Made by a program: the position numbers and the translations under genes | Sequence record: SRR31156797_979 | Length of the DNA stretch: 57,963 nt | Strand: one strand, 5' to 3' | Notes under the pieces: generated by a model | Database searches by the model: none | The model's input: the letters and a program-made list of their open reading frames with translations, nothing else | Told to the model about the DNA's origin: nothing | Shown here: in pieces, positions 1-9,565 of the stretch | Layout: each line of letters opens with the position of its first letter | Position numbering within the stretch: position 1 is the first letter of the stretch

Positions 1-60
1 GATTTATTTTTCTATTTGTCAACAGGTCCTGGTTAATGCACTCGCTCATTATATAAAGAA

Positions 61-86
61 GAGGCTTAAGCCCAACCTTAATCCTC
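61..86 (-). terminator. Probable intrinsic terminator downstream of the ccdA fusion
   Basis: GAGGcTTAAG-cccaac-CTTAAtCCTC inverted repeat (9/10). On the minus strand it is followed by TTCTTTAT. Confidence 0.55.
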
Positions 87-114
87 AAACTTATGACTAA
101 CATGTCTTAATTTA

Positions 115-1392
115 CTATTCCAATCCGCTGTAAGTCAGAGTCTGTTCAATGATATTATCCATCACACTCCTTTCCATACCGCCGTTTACATATCCGAATA
201 CTTTACTCTTGTCTGTCACCATAAATGTAGTAGGTATAGACGATATACCATAACTGTCAAATATATCACCAGTATTATCAAATAGCACAGGGAATGTAAT
301 GCCATTGCTTTCAATATACGACATGATATAATCTATGTCACTTTCTAAGAATCCATTTGGGTTTACTACAGATAGTATCACCACATTATCATTAGCACCT
401 TCTTCATACAAATCAATTATATGAGGTACTTCAGCCTGACAGGGTGGACATCCTGTAGCCCAGAAATTTAAGAATACTACCTTTCCCTCGTAGTCGGATA
501 ATGTATGGCTATTACCATTTTGGTCTGTAAGAGTAAAGTCGATTATTAGTGATAAATCATCATCACTGGTATCATTTTCTTTTGTTGATTCGCTTATTGT
601 ATCTTCATCTGCAGTATCAGGAGATGCTGTCTCCTCTACAGCTTCAGCTACCTCTGCTTGTGGTAAATCCTCTGATGATAAGGTGTTCAGATATCCGCTT
701 ACTGTATTGAGCCATCCAGTGAACATCATAATACCCATGATAATAAGTATTACACCTCCAGCCTTTTTGATATATTTAACTATGTTTTTTTTCTTGCTAA
801 AAAGATTAATTAGCTTTGTTGTAAATATTCCTGCCAAAACAAACGGAATAATAAATCCCAGAGTATACACTATTACCAGTAGATTACCCAACAGCATATT
901 CTGTGCACTAGATGCCAGTAATAGTACTGATGACAGCATTGGTCCAACGCATGGTGTCCATGCAAATGAAAAAGTCAATCCCATCAAAAATGCTACAAAT
1001 GGATTCATTCTCTTTTTGCTGTAGTTTGCATTTATTCGTTTTTCTCGATTAAAGATTTTAAACTCAATAAAATCCAGCTGTACGAGCCCAAAAACAATTA
1101 CGATAATACCCGATATCTTTGTAATAATGTTCCTGTTGCTTGAAAAGAATTGAGTTGCATTTGTAAACGCTAATCCAAGCAAAAAGAATGTTACTGATAT
1201 CCCCAATACAAATGCTATGGTGTTAATAAGCACTTTCTTTGTTTTATATTCCCCCTCTGTATCGCTGCCTGATAAATACCCCAGATATACTGGCAGCAGC
1301 GGCAGAACGCATGGTGAGAAAAAGGACATAAGTCCAGCTAAAAATACTAATATAAAGCTTATGTTTCCAACTAATGCTGATGTGTCTAACAT
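115..1392 (-). CDS. ccdA: Cytochrome c biogenesis CcdA/DsbD-like membrane domain fused to a TlpA/redoxin thioredoxin domain
   Basis: SFFSPCVLPLLP and FAWTPCVGP CcdA cysteine motifs, about 6 TM segments, acidic linker, then DFTL...LSDYEGKVVFLNFWATGCPPC and IPTTF thioredoxin-like motifs. Confidence 0.9.
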   Translation of the reverse strand: MLDTSALVGNISFILVFLAGLMSFFSPCVLPLLPVYLGYLSGSDTEGEYKTKKVLINTIAFVLGISVTFFLLGLAFTNATQFFSSNRNIITKISGIIVIVFGLVQLDFIEFKIFNREKRINANYSKKRMNPFVAFLMGLTFSFAWTPCVGPMLSSVLLLASSAQNMLLGNLLVIVYTLGFIIPFVLAGIFTTKLINLFSKKKNIVKYIKKAGGVILIIMGIMMFTGWLNTVSGYLNTLSSEDLPQAEVAEAVEETASPDTADEDTISESTKENDTSDDDLSLIIDFTLTDQNGNSHTLSDYEGKVVFLNFWATGCPPCQAEVPHIIDLYEEGANDNVVILSVVNPNGFLESDIDYIMSYIESNGITFPVLFDNTGDIFDSYGISSIPTTFMVTDKSKVFGYVNGGMERSVMDNIIEQTLTYSGLE

Positions 1393-1581
1393 ACTTGCCT
1401 CCCTAATATAATATCTATACTAATTCTCGTATAATATTGTTGATTAATTATAAACTAAGTATATTGTTTAGTTCTGCAACTTTGTTACACATAGTATTAT
1501 GGTTATATTCATCAAAAGCATCTTAGAAATTTCTATTATTAACAAGAATATAATATTCTTAATCATCAACACAAATTTCCT

Positions 1582-1610
1582 TTGACATATGTTACTAGAT
1601 AAACTATAAT
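1582..1610 (+). promoter_or_regulatory. SigmaA promoter of metY-metA
   Basis: Perfect TTGACA (1582-1587), 17-bp spacer, TATAAT (1605-1610). Confidence 0.9.
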
Positions 1611-1615
1611 GCTAT

Positions 1616-1640
1616 AAATCCTAGTATTTTGATAGGGTTT
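1616..1640. promoter_or_regulatory. Rrf2-family (CymR/IscR-like) operator overlapping the transcription start
   Basis: AAATCCTA-n9-TAGGGTTT palindrome (7/8) directly after the -10 box. Shape resembles Rrf2-type boxes upstream of sulfur-metabolism genes. Confidence 0.6.
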
Positions 1641-1664
1641 GATAACAGTAAAAAGGAGAAAATT

Positions 1665-2963
1665 ATGGCAAACAAATCATTGCACTTTGATACACTTCAA
1701 CTACATGCAGGGCATACGCCAGATATGGAAACAAATGCAAGAGCAGTGCCAATCTATCAGAGTACATCTTTTACTTTTGATAATGCAAAGCATGCTGCTG
1801 ATTTGTTTGACCTGAAAACTCCTGGCAATATTTATACACGTATAATGAATCCGACAACTGATGTCTTGGAAAAGAGGCTTACTTCCCTTGAAGAAGGCGT
1901 TGGAGCATTGGTTACTTCTTCCGGAATGGCTGCTATATCTTATGCAATATTTAATTTAGCTAAAAGTGGTGATGAAATTATCGCAGCAAATACATTGTAC
2001 GGAGGTACTCACACTCTATTTAATGACAGATTTCCAAAGCAGTATGGTATAAGAACTCATTTAGTAAATCCTGATGATTTAGATGCGATTAAGTCTGCAA
2101 TTAACAAGAAAACAAAGGCTATTTATATAGAAACAATAGGCAATCCTAATATTAACATTCCTGATATTGAGGCTATAGCTGATATTGCGCATAGTCATAA
2201 TATTCCTCTTATTGTTGATAATACTTTCGGAACACCATATTTAATCAAGCTCAAAGATTTTGGTGCTGATATTGTGGTCCATTCACTAACAAAATATATT
2301 GGCGGACACGGAACAAGTATTGGCGGTGCAATCATCGATATGGGTACTTTTGATTGGTCAAGCGGTAGGTTTGATGATTTTACATCTCCTGATACTACTT
2401 ATCACGGAATCGTATATGCAGATGCAGAGAACAATTCAGGGTATATAACAAAAGCACGTGTACAATTACTGCGTGATACTGGTGCATGTATCAGTCCTTT
2501 CAATGCATTTTTAATATTGCAGGGTTTAGAGACACTAAGCCTTAGAGTAGAGAGACATTGCAAGAACGCAGAAAAAATTGCTGAATATCTAAACAATCAT
2601 GAAAAAGTATCATGGGTAAACTACCCAAAACTTAAGGATAATAAATATTATGAAAGAGCAGCAAAGTATCTGCCAAAGGGAGTTGGTGGTATACTGACAT
2701 TCGGTATAAAGGGAGGCATTGAAGAAGGAAGGAAATTCATCGATTCATTGAAATTGTTTTCTCTCTTAGCTAATGTAGCAGATGCCAAATCATTAGTTAT
2801 ACATCCAGCCAGCACTACCCATGCACAAATGTCCGAAGAGTCATTGTTAAAGTCTGGTATTTCCCCTGATATGATCAGGCTTTCTATCGGTTTGGAAGAT
2901 GCCAGAGATTTAATCTCAGATTTAGAACAAGCCCTAAACAATTCTCAAGCAAAGGAGAAATAA
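1665..2963 (+). CDS. metY: O-acetylhomoserine aminocarboxypropyltransferase (sulfhydrylase)
   Basis: [34 protein letters not shown] (PLP lysine), [19 protein letters not shown]. Start moved to ATG 1665 after the AGGAG RBS. Confidence 0.93.
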   Translation: MANKSLHFDTLQLHAGHTPDMETNARAVPIYQSTSFTFDNAKHAADLFDLKTPGNIYTRIMNPTTDVLEKRLTSLEEGVGALVTSSGMAAISYAIFNLAKSGDEIIAANTLYGGTHTLFNDRFPKQYGIRTHLVNPDDLDAIKSAINKKTKAIYIETIGNPNINIPDIEAIADIAHSHNIPLIVDNTFGTPYLIKLKDFGADIVVHSLTKYIGGHGTSIGGAIIDMGTFDWSSGRFDDFTSPDTTYHGIVYADAENNSGYITKARVQLLRDTGACISPFNAFLILQGLETLSLRVERHCKNAEKIAEYLNNHEKVSWVNYPKLKDNKYYERAAKYLPKGVGGILTFGIKGGIEEGRKFIDSLKLFSLLANVADAKSLVIHPASTTHAQMSEESLLKSGISPDMIRLSIGLEDARDLISDLEQALNNSQAKEK

Positions 2964-2964
2964 T

Positions 2965-3882
2965 ATGCCTGTAAAAATACCTGACTTACTGCCCGCAGCA
3001 AAAACGCTTACAAATGAAAATATTTTCGTAATGACTGAAAAGCGTGCTTCTTCACAGGATATTCGTCCATTAAAAATAGCAATCCTTAATCTAATGCCTA
3101 CAAAAATAACTACAGAAACTCAGCTCTTAAGACTGCTGGGGAATACACCGCTGCAAGTGGAGATTACTCTGCTGCAGACTGCAAGCTATAAATCTACAAA
3201 TACATCCAAGGAACATTTAGCTGCATTCTATTCTACTTTTAACCAAATAAAGGATGAAAAATACGATGGTCTAGTAATTACAGGTGCACCTGTTGAGCAA
3301 TTGGAATTCTCTCAAGTAGAATATTGGAAAGAACTAAAGGAGATAATGGAGTGGAGTAAGCACAATGTTTTTTCCACACTACATATTTGCTGGGCATCTC
3401 AGGCAGGGTTATTTTATCATCACGGTATAAAAAAACATGCAATTACAAAGAAGATATTCGGAGTATTTGAACATGAAATCCTAGAAAAACACAGCAAATT
3501 ACTGCGAGGATTTGATGACGGATTTAATGCTCCTCACAGCAGGCATACACAAGTTATGAGTACAGATATTCTTTCCTGTCCTGATTTGGAGCTATTAGCA
3601 CACTCAAAGGAAGCTGGCGTTTTAATAGCTGCAAGCACCGACGGCAGGCAGATATATGTATCTGGGCATTTGGAGTATGATGCATTGTCTCTGGACGCTG
3701 AATATCGCAGAGATATGGAAAAAGGGCTGGAAATTGATATACCAAAAAATTACTATCCTAATAATGATATTACGCAAATTCCAAAACTAACATGGAAAGC
3801 TCACGCCAATCTGCTTTTTGCCAACTGGCTGAATTACTACGTATATCAGGAAACTCCATACGATCTAGATAATATTAAATGA
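2965..3882 (+). CDS. metA: Homoserine O-acyltransferase MetA family, predicted acetyl-CoA specific
   Basis: [31 protein letters not shown] (catalytic Cys), PHSRH, GHLEY. Confidence 0.95.
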   Translation: MPVKIPDLLPAAKTLTNENIFVMTEKRASSQDIRPLKIAILNLMPTKITTETQLLRLLGNTPLQVEITLLQTASYKSTNTSKEHLAAFYSTFNQIKDEKYDGLVITGAPVEQLEFSQVEYWKELKEIMEWSKHNVFSTLHICWASQAGLFYHHGIKKHAITKKIFGVFEHEILEKHSKLLRGFDDGFNAPHSRHTQVMSTDILSCPDLELLAHSKEAGVLIAASTDGRQIYVSGHLEYDALSLDAEYRRDMEKGLEIDIPKNYYPNNDITQIPKLTWKAHANLLFANWLNYYVYQETPYDLDNIK

Positions 3883-4012
3883 AGTTAAATAAGTATTATG
3901 AAATCTAAATATGTGAAATAGTGTACTATAAGTTAAGCAGCAGGATTAATAAGCGAGTCAATTTTATTACATTGGAATATATCTCTCAAAAAAGTCTGTG
4001 ACAGAGACATTA

Positions 4013-4504
4013 TTATATTTCCTTTTCCATTAATATCAGTCTTTCTCCTGCTAAAGTAGTTTCACCAACTTCTTTAAATCCATAATTTTTGTAATACTTC
4101 CTAAGGTCAGCAACATGATCACCGCAGTCAAGCCTTAGATAATCACAGTCTTTATCTGCAATAAAGTTTTCAATTTCAGTCAAGACTTTATATCCATAAC
4201 CCTGACCTGCTAATTCTCTATTTATTGTAAAGGAATGTATATAACCAGCATTATCCTTCACCTTCCCCCAGAATAATTCATCTTGAAATTGCAGTCTGAA
4301 TATACCAATATCATTACCATTCTTATTCACTTTATAAAATTGCCCGGATTTAATTCCTTCCAGTATCCAGTCTTTATAAATTTTTTGAGGAGCATGCCAA
4401 TTCTGCCAATAATCAATGTCTTTCTCTCTAAGCCATATTGCCGAATTCTTAAGGTATTCTAAAACATATGAAAAATCATTTTCATCCAATAATATAAATT
4501 CCAT
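4013..4504 (-). CDS. GNAT family N-acetyltransferase
   Basis: YIHSFTINRELAGQGYG acetyl-CoA-binding motif A, LRLDC, YYKNYGF. Confidence 0.85.
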   Translation of the reverse strand: MEFILLDENDFSYVLEYLKNSAIWLREKDIDYWQNWHAPQKIYKDWILEGIKSGQFYKVNKNGNDIGIFRLQFQDELFWGKVKDNAGYIHSFTINRELAGQGYGYKVLTEIENFIADKDCDYLRLDCGDHVADLRKYYKNYGFKEVGETTLAGERLILMEKEI

Positions 4505-4731
4505 TACTACCTCCTATATAATAATTTTAGCATATTGTGTTCGTATAGAAAAGCTGATTTCACACATCTTAATCCTCTAAAGAAAATTATGATAATAACA
4601 GATGATGTGCTTATAAAGAGCATTAAATTGAATGAAGAAATAAAATATAAGGATGTATTGGTCATGAAGCTTTGAACATATCAAAGATACATCGCTCAAT
4701 GAAAGTCTGCTTATCTCTTAATTATTGCACA

Positions 4732-4764
4732 ATCGCCCAAAGGTACGTTAAACCTTTGGACGAT
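4732..4764 (-). terminator. Stem-loop downstream of the lipoprotein gene (terminator or stabiliser)
   Basis: Minus strand ATCGTCCAAAGGT-ttaacgt-ACCTTTGGGCGAT, a 13-bp stem with one G-U pair and only a weak U tail. Confidence 0.5.
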
Positions 4765-4812
4765 AAGTTCATTGTTAATACTATTGATTTATATTATATG
4801 TACTTAAGTGAA

Positions 4813-5451
4813 TTATTGATTACAGCTTTGTTGGTTCGTGCCGTATCTAGGACCTTGAGAATGTAATTCTTTTAGAACATCCTGAATCTGATCAGCTTGT
4901 TCCTGAGTGATTATACCCTCTTCAACAGCTTCTTTCAATAGCTTTCCGCCACCATTCATGTCTGATGAATCATTCTCTGGCATATCTTTATCAGTTCTGC
5001 CTTGTCCATCCCCATGTATTCCTTCTGGCAATCCACCTTCAGTATTACCCTGTTCGCCAGCTGTAGATCTTTCTTGTTTGCCTTGTGGTTTTTCTTGATT
5101 ATTACCCTCTGCTTCCTGAGGTATTTTTCCCTGCCCATTGCTCAGGGTATCCTTATCAGCTTTATTTTCTTCTAGAAATTCTGCTAGCTCTTCTGCTTCT
5201 TCCTGTGTTAGTACGCCAGATTCTACGTACTGCTCAAGAATTTCAAGTACTTCCTCACCTTGAATATTAGTTCTGACCCTAATGCTGCCCTCTGATTTCC
5301 TGCTAGTTTCATCTTGCTGGCTGTTTGACTCCATACTTTTGTTAGTTTCATTAGATGTACCTGCTGCACTTGCTGTTGTGTTAGAACATGCTGATATAAA
5401 TAATAATACAAAAGCCATTGCTAATACTGCTATTTTCTTTGTACGATTCAT
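4813..5451 (-). CDS. Hypothetical lipoprotein with two short helical repeats and a disordered linker
   Basis: Basic N-terminus, hydrophobic stretch and lipobox ISAC; AGGAG RBS. Repeats LEQYVESGVLTQEEAEEL and LKEAVEEGIITQEQADQI. Confidence 0.75.
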   Translation of the reverse strand: MNRTKKIAVLAMAFVLLFISACSNTTASAAGTSNETNKSMESNSQQDETSRKSEGSIRVRTNIQGEEVLEILEQYVESGVLTQEEAEELAEFLEENKADKDTLSNGQGKIPQEAEGNNQEKPQGKQERSTAGEQGNTEGGLPEGIHGDGQGRTDKDMPENDSSDMNGGGKLLKEAVEEGIITQEQADQIQDVLKELHSQGPRYGTNQQSCNQ

Positions 5452-5577
5452 AGTTGTTACTCCTTTTTGTTATATTATTCAACTAGATAAATATCGTATC
5501 TACTTGATATTGGAATAATAACTCTCTATTGTTACAGTGATTTCACATCATCAGACTAATCCAAAGAAAAGTTGCTT

Positions 5578-6951
5578 TTAGTCAGTACTATTTAGTTCTT
5601 GTATACTCTTCTTATTTTTTCCAAAATATTCCCTTGTCGCTGTTATAAACTTTGGAATAAGCAGTAATGTTATTATTCCTCCCATAACTTCTGCAGCAGG
5701 CTGTGCTGCCATTGCATGATTAAAGCTTATATCTTTCAACAAATAGATAATCGGAATAAATAATCCAAATTGCTGAACTGCAAACACCACAGTAGAAGTT
5801 CTTTCCATACCTATTGGCTGCATAGCAAAGAGTACTGTGTTTGTAGTAAATATAAATGGTGATGTTATTCCTATAATAAATGCTGGAATAACTAAAAGCT
5901 TCAGTATTTCTAAAGAGTCCGTGAAAAAACTTCCTATAATCTCAGGCGCTAATATCAATGGTATATTTATCATTATTGAAGTAATGATAGTCAATACAAT
6001 TGATTTCTTTATTACTTCTATAAATCTGTGCTTGTTACCAGCACCAGCGCTATATGCCATCAATACTAAGGCTGCATTCATTATTCCTGTTGAAACCGAG
6101 CTTGATATTGAGAAAATATTTCCTGTAATAGCCTGCACGCCTAATGCTGATGTGCCGTAGGCTGCAATTATCTTGCTCTGTATTCCCATTGTAACAGCAA
6201 GCAATATCATTGTAAAAAAGGCTGGTATACCCAGAGGAATGACTTCCTTAAAATATGATACATCAAACTTTTCATTACGCAGCTTTGTATACTGACTGTT
6301 CTTTACTAAATATCTGGTAACAAGGTAAGACTGTAATAAATATGACAGCAATGTACCCGCCACAGCACCCTCAACACCTAATCTAAATATACCTAGAAGA
6401 ATAGCATTTAGTAATACATTAGTAACTACTTGTACTATAGTTAAGCGTAGTGTTATTCTTGAATAGCCCTCTGCATACAATATTTTCAGCATCAGCATAG
6501 AATACATAAATATTGGCAGCCCAAGAGAAAAGTATCGAATGTATTTAACCGTGTAAATCATTGTAGTATTATCAAGGTCGAAGAAAATAAGTAACTTCGG
6601 CATAAAAATAAATGAAATCACTCCTAGTGCTATGCTAGTAATCAATGTAATTTTCACAGTTAATGATGCCACTTTACTACTGCTTTTATAGTTCTCTGCT
6701 CCTAAATATCTACTCATACTGATAGCTGCACCATCACCGAATAACATTGATAACGCAGACGAAAAAATTAAAAAAGGTATTACAATACTCATAGATGCCA
6801 CTGCTTCACTTCCAATAAATCTACCCATAAATATTGTATCTATTACACCGTTTATTTCATCAAATAACGCTGTCAATATAGCAGGTACACCTAAATAAAG
6901 CATTGACCTGTATACATTGCTATTATTTAGATTCAGTTTCTTTGCTTTCAT
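5578..6951 (-). CDS. MATE family efflux transporter
   Basis: About 12 TM; IDTIFMGRFIGSEAVAS, NVLLNAILL, LGVEGAVAGT. Start set at MKAKK (6951) because the ORF-track start falls inside the promoter. Confidence 0.9.
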   Translation of the reverse strand: MKAKKLNLNNSNVYRSMLYLGVPAILTALFDEINGVIDTIFMGRFIGSEAVASMSIVIPFLIFSSALSMLFGDGAAISMSRYLGAENYKSSSKVASLTVKITLITSIALGVISFIFMPKLLIFFDLDNTTMIYTVKYIRYFSLGLPIFMYSMLMLKILYAEGYSRITLRLTIVQVVTNVLLNAILLGIFRLGVEGAVAGTLLSYLLQSYLVTRYLVKNSQYTKLRNEKFDVSYFKEVIPLGIPAFFTMILLAVTMGIQSKIIAAYGTSALGVQAITGNIFSISSSVSTGIMNAALVLMAYSAGAGNKHRFIEVIKKSIVLTIITSIMINIPLILAPEIIGSFFTDSLEILKLLVIPAFIIGITSPFIFTTNTVLFAMQPIGMERTSTVVFAVQQFGLFIPIIYLLKDISFNHAMAAQPAAEVMGGIITLLLIPKFITATREYFGKNKKSIQELNSTD

Positions 6952-6978
6952 TTTAACCCTTTCCATACCATTTTTTAG

Positions 6979-7009
6979 ATAATACACCTTAGAGTCACTA
7001 TAATGTCAA
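6979..7009 (-). promoter_or_regulatory. MerR-type promoter/operator of the MATE gene
   Basis: Minus strand TTGACA, 19-bp spacer, TATTAT. The dyad ACATTATAGT-G-ACTCTAAGGT (8/10) spans the spacer. Confidence 0.85.
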
Positions 7010-7025
7010 TATGGAAATTAAAATA

Positions 7026-7043
7026 AACGCCCTAATAGGCGTT
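7026..7043 (-). terminator. Probable terminator after merR
   Basis: AACGCC-n6-GGCGTT hairpin followed on the minus strand by TATTTTAATTT. Confidence 0.5.
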
Positions 7044-7072
7044 ATAATAATTTATTTGGATACATTAGCTAA

Positions 7073-7861
7073 TTATTTGATTTTCATCTGAAGTTCACCA
7101 ACAAAGCCGCTCTCAGATACAAGGGAAACATCCAGATGAATAATCAGCAGTAACTCACTTTCGTGAATATAATTATTCTTGTCTATATGGTGGATTAATT
7201 GATTTATTTTCTGCATAATAGCTTCACTATCATTATCATCATTATCATCCTCATCAACTACAAACTCATAGCAAATATACCTGCCTTTTTCAAATATAGT
7301 CTTAGGACAGTCATCACAGCTATCTGACAATACACATAGTGCAATTCCTTCATCATACAGTATAAAATGAGTTTTATTGGATATAATTGATTTCTGGTCT
7401 ATACCATATTCATCTGCAAAATCATAAATTTCCTTTGCAGAATAAACCATATCATAATGGCTTTTTTTGATTTGAGTAAGAATACGTTTATTAATAGTTT
7501 TTATACTATACTTATCACTAAGGTTTTGAGCTGAATTGAGTGTCTTCTCTATATCATTCTTTAAGTTTGTAAGACTATTTATTTCCTGTGTAACTTTATC
7601 ATAGGATTTCCTTAAAGCACTAATATAATTTACTTTAGTATAATTATTAAGAAGTTCTTTAATATCTTTTATTGAAATACCACTACTTCGAAGCATTATA
7701 ATACATTTTATTATTACAATATCAGAAATACTAAACAATCTATACCCGTTCTCTGATTTCCCTGAAGGTTTGATAATCCCTTCCTTTTGATAATATCGAA
7801 GATTGTATGTAGAAGTACCAATCAGCTTGGCTGCCTCACCTATTGTTAAATCATCACGCAT
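7073..7861 (-). CDS. MerR family transcriptional regulator with a C-terminal effector-binding (GyrI-like) domain
   Basis: LTIGEAAKLIGTSTYNLRYYQKEGIIKP...NGYRLF HTH, LRSSGISIKDIK, coiled coil. Confidence 0.9.
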   Translation of the reverse strand: MRDDLTIGEAAKLIGTSTYNLRYYQKEGIIKPSGKSENGYRLFSISDIVIIKCIIMLRSSGISIKDIKELLNNYTKVNYISALRKSYDKVTQEINSLTNLKNDIEKTLNSAQNLSDKYSIKTINKRILTQIKKSHYDMVYSAKEIYDFADEYGIDQKSIISNKTHFILYDEGIALCVLSDSCDDCPKTIFEKGRYICYEFVVDEDDNDDNDSEAIMQKINQLIHHIDKNNYIHESELLLIIHLDVSLVSESGFVGELQMKIK

Positions 7862-8030
7862 TTACTGCTCCAAAAGTTTTGATATTCCCATTATACTATT
7901 AACATTTCTTTATATCAATATTGGGCTGAATCGACAATCTAGAATACATAAGTAATAACAGTCAGTTATTAAAATATATAATATATAATTAATATAAGAA
8001 AATGAAAAAAATTTATATCCCTTTTATATC

Positions 8031-9494
8031 TTATTCCTTTTTATCGCATGTCATTCTTACTGCTATATACGGCTTCGATGGTAATTCTATTCTGAATTCT
8101 CCTTGGTATCTGCCAGATACTTCTTCAATAGTCATATTCCATGTGTCGATTATTTCTACTTTCAATTCTAAATCCTCTGGCATAAAGAAAATACGGAATG
8201 ATGGTTGTCGGAAACCGAAGTAAAATAGATAGTATTCACCTTTTAGTCCTCCGCAGACAACATCCCATGCTACCGGTATATGATTAAAGTATTTTACAGG
8301 GCTCTCATCAACAATTTTTCGCAAGAAATCTATCCTCTGAGGGCTTGAGCCATGGAGTGTTCCCCCCTTGGACCACCAGATAATATCATCTGGATGCACA
8401 TATGTCTCACCATGACCTACATATCCACCACGGAGTGTACCCTCCCAGAATCGCCTGGTCATTTCCTCTCCAGTGATATTACCCCAGCCGTGATGGAGAT
8501 TCCCTTCGTATTCACATTCATCAACCACTACTGGCTTCCTATATCTATCACACCACTCATTAACATATTCACTTGTTTTATATCCATCTATACGCTGTAT
8601 ACTGCAATGAGTAACCCAAGGCCTAGTATGGTCATACATAGAATAGCACTGATGAATGGAACGCAGATGTTGATAAGGGTCATTGTCTACCACTATTTGT
8701 GCGAACCTCTCCCAATCAGCTAAGCTTTTCTCTTTCATCAAGTCAAATTCATTTGCAAAGGACCACCAAATATTCCTGTAAGCTGAAAGTCTTGATACAA
8801 TATAATGCAGATATCTGTCATCAACTTCGGCACTCATTTTGGAAAATCCCCAGCGGTCATATGGGTGAAAAAGTATTATATCTGCTTCAATGTCTAAATC
8901 CATAAGGTCTTGAATTCTTTTTTCAAGATGTTTAAAATACTGTGGATTGAACTCTTCAAAATCCCAGCCATCTTCTAAATTCCCCTTAAATGGATAGAAT
9001 ACTGGTTCATTATGATTATAGTTATAATGTTTTGGGAATACACACATCCTTATTTTATTAAAAGGAGATTTAGCTAATGTTTTTAGTGTTTCCTCTTCTA
9101 ATTCATTTGTCTGATGTGTCCATGCATAGCATGTAGTACCAAAGGGATAATACTGAGTTCCGTCATCATACGCAAAATGATATCTATCAGATACTCTCAC
9201 CTGACCATGATTTGATTCAGATGGTTCTGTACATGAGAAAACACCCTCGATGTTATCAAGCACTTCGCAATTACTATCGGTCTTGTATGTCCATTCACCA
9301 GTCATTTGTGGCATAAATCTTATTTTGTAAATACCATTACCATCATAGAAACCTGCTGTTTCTATTTCAAATCCCTTACAGCAAAATCTCGCTTTAAACA
9401 TAACATCTCTAAATGGATTGCCATCTTTCGGACCATCAAATATTAACTCCAACATACCCCAACGCTCAACACTATTATTACTTACTATTGCCAT
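8031..9494 (-). CDS. DUF5060/DUF4038/DUF5605-type putative glycoside hydrolase
   Basis: VERWGMLEL..GP..GNPF and GFYDG.G.Y.IRFMP...GEW N-terminal Ig-like domain; GTTCYAW, PFNKIRMCVFP, WWSFANEFD, VVDECEYEG, HGETY. No signal peptide. Confidence 0.75.
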   Translation of the reverse strand: MAIVSNNSVERWGMLELIFDGPKDGNPFRDVMFKARFCCKGFEIETAGFYDGNGIYKIRFMPQMTGEWTYKTDSNCEVLDNIEGVFSCTEPSESNHGQVRVSDRYHFAYDDGTQYYPFGTTCYAWTHQTNELEEETLKTLAKSPFNKIRMCVFPKHYNYNHNEPVFYPFKGNLEDGWDFEEFNPQYFKHLEKRIQDLMDLDIEADIILFHPYDRWGFSKMSAEVDDRYLHYIVSRLSAYRNIWWSFANEFDLMKEKSLADWERFAQIVVDNDPYQHLRSIHQCYSMYDHTRPWVTHCSIQRIDGYKTSEYVNEWCDRYRKPVVVDECEYEGNLHHGWGNITGEEMTRRFWEGTLRGGYVGHGETYVHPDDIIWWSKGGTLHGSSPQRIDFLRKIVDESPVKYFNHIPVAWDVVCGGLKGEYYLFYFGFRQPSFRIFFMPEDLELKVEIIDTWNMTIEEVSGRYQGEFRIELPSKPYIAVRMTCDKKE

Positions 9495-9565
9495 GTTAAT
9501 TCACCTTCTCCATTAATTTTTATAAATTATTTATTCTTTAGCCATATAACCATTACATCAGTCTG

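Noticed and set aside
1393..1664. SAM or T-box riboswitch upstream of metY
   Set aside because: The promoter is about 50 nt from the ATG and no S-box or T-box consensus is present.
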